Shown piece after piece: positions 52,001-63,235 of a DNA stretch of 64,000 nucleotides (the first letter of the stretch is position 1; each line of letters opens with the position of its first letter). Below the pieces are notes generated by a model. That model made no database searches and was not told where the DNA came from. It worked only from the letters and a program-made list of their open reading frames with translations. The position numbers were made by a program, and so were the translations under genes. Source of the stretch: Gnetum montanum (lineage: Eukaryota; Plantae; Gnetophyta); assembly GCA_015680685.1 (NCBI GenBank), contig MNCI01002192.1:127237-191236 (forward strand). Reading direction: 5' to 3'.

Positions 52001-54440
52001 TGGATGTTTCACCCAACTGACAGTCTATTTAGAGACCATGCTTGGAATTGTTGATGGATGTTTTCTAGTGAAGAAGCTTGCTACACTATGCTATATAGCA
52101 TAGCAAGCCTTAGAAGATAGCTACTCATGCAATCAAGTGCAAAATATTGCAGAATAGGGTGCTACGCTCTGCTATGCCAGGCAGCATAGCACAACGTAGC
52201 AAAGGAAAATCAAAAGGACTAGCTTACCAAGTGATTCTAATGAAGAAATTGCACTCGGCAAGCACTCCAGCCACCAAAACCAATTACCTTGTTCAACTTT
52301 AAGTTCTTTAGCAAGGTCCCTTACTAGAAAGTGGCGGATTGAGCAAAAAGTAGGATATGCTAGCTGCTATGCTGTGCTACGCTACATAGCATAGCATAGC
52401 ATAGCGATAATACAAGAGTAACAAGAAATGTTTCAAATGCAAGTTCAACAAGCTCAGAGGCTATCCTTCGCAAAAGAAAAAAGTTGCAGTTGTTAGCATG
52501 ATCAAAGCTTCAAACAAGTGTTTGCAACTTCAGCACGAGTCACAGGTAAAGCCAACTACTACGCTATGCTATGCTACATAGCGTAGCATAGAATAGCAGA
52601 GATGCAAACTAAATGAAGTGCTTCAAAAGTTAACTTGATGTGCACCGAAGCTTCCAACAGATGTAGTTGACTTCAACACAATTTTTTTTTTCAAACTGGT
52701 GGCTACGCTATGCCAACGTGCTACGCTACATAGCATAGCATATCTTAGCAAATAGCTACACTACACCAGTATGCTTCATCTCTTACTTGCATTGTTTGCA
52801 CACTTGACACCAGCACTCCTAGTTTCAACAACATGATTGCAGCGTAGCAGGTTCACAATCGGCGTTGCATATCCATGTAATATGGGCATGTCAGCATCTT
52901 GTAAGTCTAGGACACATGGCATCTAAACCACATCTCTCACCTGCTCTTGGCCCTATAAATACCTCGATGAGCGATGCTTAAAGGCTTGGCAAACTTGGTT
53001 GGCAGGTTGCCAAAAATTTGATTGGAAAATTGAGAATCTTATTGGCAAGTTGGGAAATTGGAAATTTATTGGGTTAGCAAGTTTCAGCGTTTGGCAATTT
53101 TTTGCATTAGCACTTGACATTAGCTTTTTTCTTGTTGGCATTTTGCACTGTTAGCTTTTAAGCTTGTACTAGAAAAAAACATAGTTGACGTATTTCAGGC
53201 GTTCCAGTCACTCGTAGACTCTCCGTGTGCCTCTGACATTATATAACTTGTTATACATTTTCAAGCAAAGAAGAGAATTGAACCCACGACTTTGCGGTGG
53301 TGTATTTTCTTATCCCATTTACTTTGTGATTTCTTCATTGTCATCATTGTTTAGCATCATTTTCTTTATCATTGCATTTATTGATCATTGGTTAGATCTC
53401 ATGTATTTTGCACTTAGAACAACATTTACAAAAGGTTAAGTTACACTAGTTAAGTCCCTATTTAATTGACCAGACCATTCAAGGTTCCCCATTTCCATTT
53501 TATTCAGCATGATCCTCATATGGATTCAAGGTTAAAACTATTTGCCCAACGACCTCTTGATGTTTCTAGCCACCGACGTTTTCGGTCACTACAATAACTT
53601 CTTCTACTCACCACGAAGCCTTAGTAAAGGTGTTGATCTCAATTCCTATTATTAAAAACATCCTTGCTAATGAAGAGTCCATCCATGATACTAGTTTCCC
53701 CTAGGGAAGAAATGAAGTCAAATGTACTAGTTTTTTTTATAGTGAAGTTAAAAGTAATCCTCAGGATAGTGAGATAATAAGGGTCCCTCTCTTCATAACT
53801 ACAAGGATTGGGCAATACTAGGTAGATAGGGTGCACATTGATGATGGACTAGCCACCAATGTTATACCTTTTACTATTATTGAAGGGTTAGGCCTAGCGG
53901 AGCACATTCAAAATACTTCTACCTTTGTTTTTAAATTCTTTAATAGATCATGGATGGTAGTAAAGGGTTTGATTTCACTAGACTTTGTAGTAGGGGAATA
54001 ATTCCCTGCATCAACCAACTTCTTAGTGGTGGAAGAAATACTAGGATTTAACCTCATCCTGGGGAGGTCTTGGCTAACTGATTTATGAGTAGTTTCCTTT
54101 CCAATTCACCAAGAAATTCACTTACCTTATGAGGGAGGTGAAATATTTATTTAGGATGATAATGTAGTTCCATTGGTAGTAAATAACATGAACATGGAGA
54201 AAGTGTTTGAAGTGGAGTTTCAAGAAGAAACACCTACTATCAAGAATAAAGTCAAGAGGCTTGAAGGAGTAGATCAAGCCAAAACCAAAGATAACCAAGC
54301 TATTGATGCACAATGGAAAGGGCTCCCATTCAACATGGTCAATGAGAAAAATGGAAAATACAAGATTATATAATAAAGATCGTATGCTTTCCTAATATTT
54401 TAAAGATTAGGAAATAGTTGCATGATTGAGTATGTCCCCT
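49100..54440 (+). pseudogene. Tat-family copy C: gag-protease, split by a solo LTR
   Basis: FTKYNGEGDFNAH, FIKSKLYYL, GHDTNSYLALKDDLQ, SLYDLVI|TSSTHHEALV, VHIDDG (PR), FNLILGRSWL. Confidence 0.88.
51814..53593 (+). mobile_element. Solo LTR of the Tat family
   Basis: TGAAACACCC...TTCGGTCACTACA, with the same termini as E1 LTRs. TSD ATAAC at 51809-51813 and 53594-53598. TATA CCTATAAATA at ~52952. GCTACGCTA/TAGCATAGC arrays. Confidence 0.95.
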
Positions 54441-54929
54441 AATCACTTGACCCTATGTTAAGGAATGTGTGATCTTTTCTTCTTACTTTTATTTTGTAGC
54501 CTTTTGGTGCCTTTTCTATGTTTCACGGTAGTCCTACACACGTTCTGTACCCCGTCACGCACTAGCGTAAACGTGATACCCTTTTGCAGTTGTTTAGGCA
54601 TCGTGTGGTGTATATTGGTTGCCATGATGGTTTCTTTGGAATCCCGTAGGATAGAAAGCCTCCGATCGCTACTCGATCTTCTTGTTTTTCTCATTTGTGA
54701 ACCCTTTTTAGCCTTACGAAAATGATTTCCTAAAGCACTGTAGTTACTACCTCTAACGTTGAGGTTCCCCTTTCGGTTCAGGGCACCACAAGTGCCGAGC
54801 AACCGCTCAGCCTAGTGCGAAAGCTATGTTGATTTCTCAGGATCCAAAACTGATCACCTGAGAGCTTGGCATAGAAATACAAGCAATAAAACTTTCTTTG
54901 CGCTAAGGTTTAGGAAAATATACCCTTAG

Positions 54930-57900
54930 ATACATAAGAACTCAAAGACAAACGTAGCTTCGAGTTTGCTTACTATAATAGGAGGGAATTTATTCCCACT
55001 CCTGGAATTTCCATTTCTTTGATGCAAACACATCAGTGGATCATAGATTAGCTGACATGGTTGACTAGGCCTAGGAAGCCACGAGACATGACGTCTCACT
55101 ATGACGAGATGTTCCAAGATGGGAAAGAGGAACTGTATTCCTAGTCTAAGGGTGGGGGTCAAACCAACCCTGCCACCATCCCTTCCACCCCATCTTTCTG
55201 GTCGAACCCGCTCTCTACTACCACTCCCTTTATGCTCACTTCCACGTCATCGCAACCCGTAGTATCATCAACAATAGGTAGCCATGCCATGCCATCAACA
55301 TATCAACATGCCTATTCCCCCGTCACATTCTCAGCCACTATCCCTCTGCAAATTGTTTCCCAATCCATTCTTGTTTCGCACCATGCACCAATCACAGCTG
55401 CATGCAGCTCCTGCATCCATTCTAGTGTCTACACCTATCCAACTACCAATAGCAGGCCCAGTCCTACCCACATGGTGGACCCCATTCACTTCTCCTCTTG
55501 TTTCGCAACCATCGCAAATGTCCCACTATGCTTGCCACCAAACGTACCAGGTCCTGTAAATGGTACAACCAAGTGTGGGACTATGGTTTATCCCACCCAC
55601 CACACAAATGGCCTACCCCATAACCAGTGGCTATTGCTCCAACAGCACCACTTACCGGGTGGTGGACAACACAAGCAGCACCTTTCATAGGGGCCACCCC
55701 AACGATACTACCTATGGGTCACATCATTGCCCCTACCACTCCACAAATGGGAGCTACCTCTATAGCTCCCTAACCATTCACATTGTCCCTGGGTCTGGAT
55801 CAAGCATTCTAGCTTATCTAAACCCTTACTAAGGAAATCAAACACCTCAAGGCTGTCGGTTCTGACATGGTACAAGTCATGGATTTCTACCATGATGATC
55901 CCATCAGCTTGGCAGTCCCCATGTTAACACTACCCCCTAGGATGCCACTTCCTCATTTTACAAAGTACAATGGGAAGGGTGATCCCAACGCCCATCCTGT
56001 TACATTTAGATCTGAGTCCCTTCTTTTGTAGCAATGGCTGCATACAATCATTCGTGTCTTTGCTATGTCTTTGATGGGAAAAGCTCTGGACTGGTATCGC
56101 GTGCTCCCATGCTCCTCCATCTCAATCCTAGACGAGCTGCTAACCCAATTCATAATTCGTTTGAGATATAAATTGATACCAGAGGTTACGCTGGATTAGT
56201 TAATGAGCGTTAAGCAAGATCCACTCGAACTAGTCCAAAAATTCATACAATGGTGGAGCGCTACCCTTAACAAGATCCATGAGCCCATTGTGGAGGCCCA
56301 TCTACTAGCCATCTTTAAGGGTGTAGTGAACAACTTCATTAAGTCCAAACTATACTATCTCGCTCCACGGACTCTTAGTCAGGATTTTGCCCAGACCAAG
56401 AGCATACAATACGCGGCTGAGGCAAGCAAAGACCCGACCTACATTGCATATAAGAACACCTTTGTGATGAAGGATAAAGACAAGGGTAAGGCTGCAACAA
56501 CCACAGTGGCTACGATGGTAATTAAAGCCAAACCCAAAAACAATAATAAGAAGAAGGTGGCCACACCAGTAACTAACCCTGCACTAGCACCAGGCAATGT
56601 AGCCTAACCTTCGACATCGGCACCTGAAGCATCCACACCACCCTAACCTAACTTTGAGCATAAATATTGCTCTAAGTACACCCTGCTACCCATCAAGCCT
56701 TCAGAATTTCTGAAGCAATTACTGGGGACAGGATATATCCAACACAAGCGGATGTTAGAGGAGGTAGCCAAAAAATATCAACGGTACTATGAACTCCTTA
56801 GGAAGCCATCCTTGGCTTTGCCAAATGAGCCGCTAGTTCTTAAGAATTTCAGGCTGGAGTGGTTCTATTACTACCATAAATAGTGTGGTCATGATATGAA
56901 TTACTTCCTGGCATTAAAGGATGACATCCAAAGAATGATTGATCAAGGGAAACTAGTTCTAGATGAAAGTAACCTAGTGTGTCTTGAAAATTAATCTCTG
57001 CATGTCTACATGGATCCTCTTAACACCAACAACGCCGGTTACATTATCAACACTATCTGTGTTGATAGTAACCCAAAGCCACCCCAGTAGTCATTTGTGG
57101 TTCATGTGCCTTAGCGTAGCGTACCAACACCACTGACGGCTAAGAAAAACTCATAGTAACCATTTTTCCTAAGAATCCCTCCCCGAACATCCACCCCTGC
57201 ACCACCTGTAAGAAAAACTACACCACCACCGACTGCGTTAACATTGTAAGCACCATTCATCATCAAGGGGCCAAGCCACTCAACTGTCCCTGCCCTACAT
57301 AAGATAGCACTGTAGCCTTCTCATCCAAAGAAATGAGAAGAGTGCTTAACAGGTGAGGCAAGCCTATGCTCTCGCCCTCTGCATCTATGTTCTCATTGCC
57401 AAAGGATAACGTTGCTACACACACATGGTCATCGCCACCTTGCCGGAAAGGGTCTAACCCCAGATATAAAATTATCCCTCAGGAAATTCGTCTCCTGGGA
57501 CAAATGGAAGAGGAGAAAGGTAGTAAACAGGAAGGTGGCCCAGACCTCTTAAGCGCTCTTACTCAAGTCAAGCAGGCTCTAAAACAAAAAAAAACACAAT
57601 GTTGAGCCTATATGACCTAATTATGACTTCCACTGCACACCGTGAGGCTTTGGTTCACATGTTAATGGCATGGGTCATGGTGAAAGGCACCATCCACATT
57701 GACTTTGTGGCAGGGGACCAGTTCCCCATGAATGCAACATTTATCATGGTGGAAGAGATGTCTAAATTTAACTTGATCTTGGGGAGGTCATGGTTAGCAC
57801 AACTTAGGGCCGTCTGCTCACCCATACATCAGGAGATCCATCTACCCTATGCAGGCAGGGAGGTGGTGATCCATGGCGACAAGGTAGCAACGCAAGCAAT

Positions 57901-58145
57901 AAATAACGTAGATATGGAGCAAGGCTTGGAGGTCATAACCTCTAAGAATGAGGTTCCCGTCTTTGTAGATACTAACTGTTTAGCGAAAGAACCGGCCCAA
58001 CACGTCGGCTCAGAAAATGAAAATGTGTGGGCCAAGTTGCCTTTCAAGCGAAGGACAACGATGTAAATGAGTATCATAGCAAAGTGTCTTGACCCTATGT
58101 CTCACCAAATCCATGTTGGGTTAGAAAGCAGTTACGCATAGCATA
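54930..58145 (+). pseudogene. gag-protease of copy D
   Basis: FTKYNGKGDPNAHP; ORF 56203-56607; YYH..CGHD; ORF 57599-58066 (FNLILGRSWL..IHQEIHLPY). Confidence 0.9.
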
Positions 58146-58294
58146 GTAACCCCACTGCTTCCTGCCCAGTTAACATCCATTGTACACTTATTAATTATTC
58201 ACTTCCCATACATCCATCTACACTAGGTTGCCTGACTAAATCCTTTAAACCATTCGTACATTCCTTTTTTTTTAACATCATTACCGTGTCCCAA

Positions 58295-58445
58295 AATGGC
58301 CTAAAACTACATATGGCCCAAAATGACCTAAAACTACATATTGCCCGCTAAGGCCTAAAACTAAAAAAAATTTCTTTCGTTTACATTACCCCATGGCCCG
58401 AAATGGCCTAAAACTACACGTGGCCCGAAATGACCTAAAACCAAG
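58295..58445. repeat. Tandem array AAATG(G/A)CCTAAAACTAC at PR-proximal end of spacer
   Basis: About 5 units. Homologous to 18400-18665. Confidence 0.85.
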
Positions 58446-58603
58446 ATACATTAAAAACATTAAAAACTAATTGCATAGATAACATATGTAATGCACAAGA
58501 TCGAATAACACCAATCCTGACATAACTCATTTTTCATTCAAGGTTTCAAATAAATAATGTTTGCAATAGTTTTTACAAAAATACAAAACAAGATCTCTTG
58601 CTG

Positions 58604-61600
58604 TTATACATCATTTTCTCCTACATTGTCTTCCCCTGCATCACCTTCCTCTGCATTGTTATTCTTGCCCTCATAGGGCCCTACTTCTTTATCCATAATC
58701 TGCATCATAAAAAGTGAAGTAGTCAGCTAGAGTCGCAATAAAATCTAGAATGAAACAAAAATTTGCATTATAAGTGACTAACCTCAGATGGTCCTGCATC
58801 TGTCTCGAGGGCTATGTGATCCAACCTGATTCGTATGCAGTGCCAGACCTCCTCCTCTATAATATCCACCCAATGTCTATTACTCAAGTCAGTGTTTTTA
58901 GCAACTTTCTCCTTTTCGATGGCTGTCTATCTTGGCGGTCCCGAAGAAAAGGAGGCAGTGGCGGTCTCACCTATGGGAAGGTTCATTTTCCGCTTAGGGG
59001 ATTCATTGACCACCACTTGTTGCATGAACTTGTTGTAAGACTCAGAAGCATCAATGGCATCCAGGAATGCTTTATGAGTATACAACTTCACTGAAGCATC
59101 CTAGTATTATTTGTGGTAGGTGGCATGTTCCAGTTTATACATACGCTTGTGGTTTTTCTGGGACTATCCCCACTTGTAAAATCTAGCACTATAATCCTTC
59201 TAGTCTTGGTTCTTCTGAGCTAATAAGTCCATCTGCATTCTTTGCTCAATTATCTCATGGGTGGCCTCATTGTTGCGCCACATGGCTGTCCAATATCTTG
59301 CATAGTCTATGACTATCATGCGCCAACTACCATCATCGGTATAACGGGGCAGGAGGAATGCGTTTCTGGAATGGAGGTCTTCCACCTCAGTGGTCAGTTT
59401 GGCCTTCTCTCTCTCTCTCGAGCATCTGGACCCATTTCCACAGGTCTTCATTCATGTGCCTACACTCCCACAAGAAGTGTTTCGAGTAGCACCCTCTATG
59501 TTCATCTTCTCCTCTAATGCTAAAATGCATTCAGCAAAGGGATCATCAGTAGAGGTCCCCTCCCAGTTGACGTGGGCTTCCTCTTTATTAGCTAGGGCCT
59601 TTCTCTTTAAGGAACCAACATCCTCCTCATCAGTGGGGGAATCCTCCTCATTAGTCGAAACACCATCCTCATTAGCAGGAGTGTTTTCTTTGTCGACAGG
59701 AGCTCCTTCTCTCTTAACCAGGGCCCTTCCCTCAATGACCGGGGCCCCTACATCTTTATTAGCTACCCCCATTTTAGGGGTTGACATCTCTTCATTGCCT
59801 TCTTCTTCTTCTTCTTCCTCTAGCAGCAAAGCAAGTTTGCATTAGGCTTAGCATGTTAACCTAAAATTGATGCTATGCTATGCTATGCTACCTAGCGTAG
59901 CACAGCGTAGTAGGCATTAACCAAACTAGTGAAGAAACAAACATAGAGAAAAACATTTACCAATGGAAGGATATATTCTATGTAGCTTAAACCACAATTT
60001 CTTCCTCCCTTCTTCATCCATACGAGGAGGCTCCTCAACTAGACAAGACCTCTTACGCCCAACTTAGTGGCCACTTTCTCCATGATGATACGTTTCCCCT
60101 ATGATACACTGCCTGTAGTAGTAGGGGACACCTCTCCTATGTTTTCCTGGCCATGAACGTTGTGGACCACCCGATCCTTAGTTGTCATGGAAAAAGACTC
60201 CTTGATGGCTTCTAGGGGATCCTAGGCTTAGGTGGTCTAGAATACTTGGCAAATCCATGGTTTAGAAATCTAGTTATGATCTTGCATCACCCAAATTCCA
60301 TTCTCATGGACTACCAAGAATTTTGCAAACCGCTGGAAGCAAGCTATGAAGAAGGCATGATGCACATTGAAAAGGGACTCAAGCATCGTATGAAGCTTGA
60401 TCATTTTAGCTTGTAGACCTTTGCATAGATTCTTGGCCCAGTTGTAATGGGCCCCCTCTTCCATGACCTCCCTCATTATCCAAGTTTACTCAATCCCAAT
60501 GATCTTGCCTTGGGACAGTAGCTTGGGGAAAGCACGGGCACGAAAAATGGGTTAAACCATTTTGGCCACTTTTGGCTTATTCTCTTCCATGGAGATCCCT
60601 TTTCGTCCTTTCTCTACCCCTAGCCACTCCTCAATGTCCCTCTGATGATTTGCCTCCTTCTTGCTCTTTGCTCCTATAGGGAGATGATCAGTAAGAGGTC
60701 CATGAACAGTTGGTCATTGATATCAAGGATCACCTGCACACTGTGCACATGTGTGTGGAAGTGGTCTACCTTTTTAGAGAAGGAGTCAGCTAGGGCAAGC
60801 ATCTTAGCAGTAGGGATGCTTGGGTTCATGGCTAGGAACAATTCCATAAGCCCAGTGTCCTGAAGGTTTTTGGCAAGTGACTCCAGGACCCCATTGCAAA
60901 GCCACCGTTGGGTCTCGTTCCCCTCCTTGTACTTGAAGTAGATGTTAGCTTTGTGATGCCCAGAGGTGATCACCGTTACCTCCTAGGATTTCTTCACTGC
61001 TATAGCAGTTTTCACATAAGAAAGAAAAAACTTAGATAAGGCAAAAAACCAAAAACAAAAACAAGGGAAATACTCGAACATGCAACCAACCCATAGTTTA
61101 GCTTACCAGGTATAAATGGCAATGGGAATGGCAGAAGATCCACCAATACATCTTCAATGGTGATCGACTTAAATGGTGCCCAATCCCCATCCAAAAAATC
61201 TAGCTCCTTGCACCTATCATAGAACTAGAAGTATCGAGTTGGATAGGTTTTGTACTCACCCCCGCATTGACTTATGACACCTGCACACATATTCTTAGCA
61301 AAAAAAAAAACTCTCGCAACACCATCTACACCAAAGCCAACACATCTGTATCACCGTGAAGCCCATCCTTGTTGATAAAAAACCTAGTAATAAAAATACA
61401 CTGTTAACATTTTCCTAGCATAGCATGCATTGCATAGTGTAGCGAAATATGTTTACCGAACTTACTCGTCGGCAAAGTAAATGGTTCCTAGTGGGTTCTA
61501 AAAGAAGGTTCCCATATGGTAGGCAATAAACAATGTGTTGTACTAATGGTAGCAATTATATTTAGACATTTCCCAAATCCAAGCTAGATGTTTCAAGCTT

Positions 61601-62635
61601 TTTGGGCATTGAATAGATCCTTCTCCCTGCCCACTCCTAATTGCTCCATCGGTCATGAATCTCAAAATACCCTGATTTGCCCTAGGCAACAAGGTTTCTA
61701 TTATTACAGCTGCTACCTCCTCTGAGAAGTGTGACCAAATGATCACACTAAAGTGCTGGAGAAGAAATTGTAGGAAGTCTTGTGCACCTTCCCTGAACCA
61801 AACCGCCTACTACCCCACACGTGCATGGGGCAGAGGAACATTGGCCACTAGTTTGCTCAGGCAGCATAGGACTGCTACAATTTCTAGGACGATCAAAATT
61901 AGCCTTAGCATCACCTTGCACAACACAATGACAAATGTTAACATCATGTTCGAGCGAAGTTAACTTGTAGTGTAGCAAGATTGGCGGTTGGTGGTTGGAA
62001 AATAGCATAGCATAGTTCTCCCCTTGAATGTAGCATAGTAAAAACATAAAGGAAATAGCATAGTAGAATTAACATAGCGTAGTGATAGAAAATTTAATGC
62101 AAATTTTAAATAAGAAAAGATTCAATACGCTGCAGCTGTTTCAAAAAATCTTCTATCTGACAAAATGATTTGCATTATGCTGCAATAGACACATGTTATA
62201 CTATCAACTCATGCACATGGCCAAACCCTCCTAAGGGTTGTACGCTATGCTATTTGCATGCTAAGTTGTGAAAATCACCTAAGCCTCTGTGGTCGGGTAG
62301 CCGTAGCAATGGCGGTTTGGGCAACACTACATGCAACCTTAGCGTAATGCTCGTACACCTGTTGTGGCTGAATTAGCACTAGTGGCGGTGTAATGGCCAA
62401 AATAACAAAAAAAGAAATGACAGAAAATGTAGATTTCCAAATGAAAACAGGAGCAGAAATAGAAAGTAGAAGCAAAAATGGTAGCACATGAAAAAGGAGA
62501 GTAACGTAGTAGCTTATCGGCCAATGGAGTCTCCTCCCACACTACGACACATGCCTATGACAGACACCCCAGGGTGTCCTTTACCTCGTCTACCTTGGCA
62601 AGCGCAAGGGGTTTGTGTTCTCTTTTGGGTACCAT
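58604..62635 (-). pseudogene. Antisense multi-exon accessory gene inside the PR-RT spacer of copy D (PMD-like)
   Basis: Candidate ATG at 62635 and TAA at 58604. GT-AG introns at 61384-61465, 61000-61106, 59820-59960 and 58700-58782. ORF pieces 61543-61746, 60674-60973, 60270-60476 (GAHYNWAKNLCKGL), 59452-59829 and 59200-59451. Confidence 0.82.
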
Positions 62636-62770
62636 TGTCTCAGTTGCAGGTTCTTCCTCAGTTGCTACACTAAGTCACCTTACTCCTTGTTGGAACAACC
62701 ACTCTATGCTTTGGATGTTGGCTCTACGCTGTTACAAAGAAAATGACAAGTTTACCAGGGGTAAAACCCC

Positions 62771-62778
62771 TATTTATA
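62771..62778 (-). promoter_or_regulatory. TATA box of the antisense gene
   Basis: Minus strand GCTATAAATAGGGG, ~135 bp upstream of the candidate ATG. Confidence 0.65.
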
Positions 62779-62916
62779 GCCAATACAATGAAAATAAACT
62801 TGCCATTCTCTCTCCTCGATTAATGTGGGATGTTTCGTATAGCGTAGTACTCCCGTCCTAGCGTAGCAGCATTTTTTGCATAGTTACAGGTGGTCCCGAC
62901 CGAAAACTTCGACCCA

Positions 62917-63135
62917 CCTTAAACTAGCCATTTGCCTTCACGAGAATAACAAATTAGCGGTTCGTAAAGACCTTAAACTAGCAATTTTAACTCACAACTT
63001 CAACTCATTAGCAGTCCGTGAAGACCTTAAACTAATACTTTTAATTCGTGAATCTAGCCCATTAGCGGTCCACAAAGACCTTAAACTAGCAGTTTTACAC
63101 TTTTTCCTTTAGGCAGTCTGCTATGACCTTAAAAT
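62917..63135. repeat. 54-bp-period array (GACCTTAAACTAGC core) at RT-proximal end of spacer
   Basis: CCTTAAACTA at 62917, 62971, 63025 and 63079, with a partial fifth unit at ~63127. Confidence 0.9.
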
Positions 63136-63235
63136 GACAAACCAAAAACTTCGTATCATGTTTCTGATCATTTAAGCTTTTTCATATTTCGTTATTGCTT
63201 TGCAAATGTATGCTATTCATTACTGCTACAAACAG

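Noticed and set aside
55232-55832. Pro/Ser/Thr-rich ORFs as separate genes (also 49743-49925)
   Set aside because: Frameshifted pieces and alternative frames of the low-complexity N-terminal part of Tat gag.
59390-59845. 151-aa plus-strand ORF
   Set aside because: Shadow of the acidic minus-strand exon of the antisense gene.
62917-63135. CRISPR-like repeat-spacer array (also 9850-10190)
   Set aside because: Eukaryotic retrotransposon context, no cas genes, and the 'spacers' are partly homologous to each other. These are degenerate tandem repeats.
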